A DNA stretch of 64,000 nucleotides, taken from the NCBI GenBank assembly GCA_029717555.1, contig JAMDHS010000020.1:186001-250000 (forward strand). The letters run 5' to 3'. Of the stretch, positions 63,301 to 64,000 are shown one piece after another. The stretch's first letter is position 1; every line of letters starts with the position of its first letter. Below the pieces are notes generated by a model, which saw only the letters and a program-made list of their open reading frames with translations, was not told the origin of the DNA and ran no database searches. The position numbers were made by a program, and so were the translations under genes. The stretch comes from Peribolospora baueri (taxonomy: Eukaryota).

Positions 63301-64000
63301 GAAAAAAGGGGGGCAAAAAGTTGAGCGCTCGAACCTTCCTCCTCCTCCTCTCGTGACCGAAAAAATCGACCCCGCGAAGAGAGACGTCACTCACTCGTAT
63401 AGAGATGCGCATGAGCGGGATCAAGTTGCAGTCCATAGGTATACCACTGCATGGCCAAGGCCTGACCGTTGAGCTGTTGCTGTTGGCCCATGTTGTTGAG
63501 TACGGTGGTGACGACGGGTATGGAAGAGAGAAGGATGCCGAGGTTGTTGCAAGTCGAAGCGGAAGGATGCAATGCGACGGAGATATAATACAGAGGAAGG
63601 AGGAGAGAGGTCGAAGGAGGCAGACCGCCGAGGGTCAGAGGTCCGTGGGGCCCGCCGACGGGAGACGCCGTTGCGTCCTGGTAGAGCTTGGCGAGGGTGA
63701 GCATGATGGTCGACGTCGTCTGCGACGCTTGCTGAATCGCCTGGGCAGACGCGGTGGCCGCCTGCACGTGTCGGGCCATGGCAGGGAGCGTGCCGTCGGT
63801 GTCGGCAAAGATGTACTTGGTGGCCTGCATGGCGTGCTCGGGAAGGAGCATCGCCGTCGGCAAGACGCCGCCGCCGAGGCGGAGAAGAGTCTGGATGAGG
63901 ACCCCACCAGCGTCGCGGACCATCCTCAGCAATCCGCCGGGGCGGAGAGCGCTGAACATGCCGGCGGTGACCATGGACATCTCGCTGGTGTTGTTGGGGT
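60305..64000 (-). CDS. OGT: O-GlcNAc transferase (GT41, TPR-containing); 5' part lies beyond the window
   Basis: TPRs (ALANLGNAIKDMGR), GYVSSDFNNHPLAHLM, LNGYTKGARNEVFAARPCPVQ, FNQLYKIEP, WLLRFPA.GE, DLFLDT.ECNAHTT..DILWSGTP and SPLFDT. Confidence 0.95.

Overview
Gene-dense, GC-rich, intron-rich fungal nuclear DNA, read as a basidiomycete. Ustilaginomycotina is likely (inference from the AA10 LPMO, ACU-type ATPase and CSL gene content). The ORF track is fragmented by spliceosomal introns, so I assembled gene models by hand from GT/GC-AG boundaries. I find 19 protein-coding genes: ACU/Na,K-like P-type ATPase, Kelch membrane protein, SUR7/PalI, ESF1, TRS20, a probable CENP-P, RPN2, an F-box/WD40 protein, pyruvate kinase, an MFS sugar porter, a CSL transcription factor, a phage-T4-like ATP-dependent DNA ligase, myosin light chain, RSM7, RPL9, PCF11, ADK2, ARG2 and a bacterial-type AA10 LPMO. 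A 5'-truncated O-GlcNAc transferase lies at the right edge. No tRNA, rRNA, CRISPR array or transposon is supported. Most interesting signals: (1) a hidden in-frame 34-codon extension inside a pyruvate kinase intron that ends in a c-Myc-like NLS; (2) a head-to-head pair of CSL sites with a 16-bp spacer (metazoan SPS geometry) just upstream of the CSL gene itself; (3) an intron-containing T4-like DNA ligase with a mitochondrial-presequence-like N-terminus; (4) an AA10 LPMO with a disordered tail ending in a basic KRRHH; (5) Glu->Val in the TM4 PEGL motif of the P-type ATPase; (6) a retained CENP-P-like kinetochore gene. Family assignments come from motif recognition and recall, not database searches.
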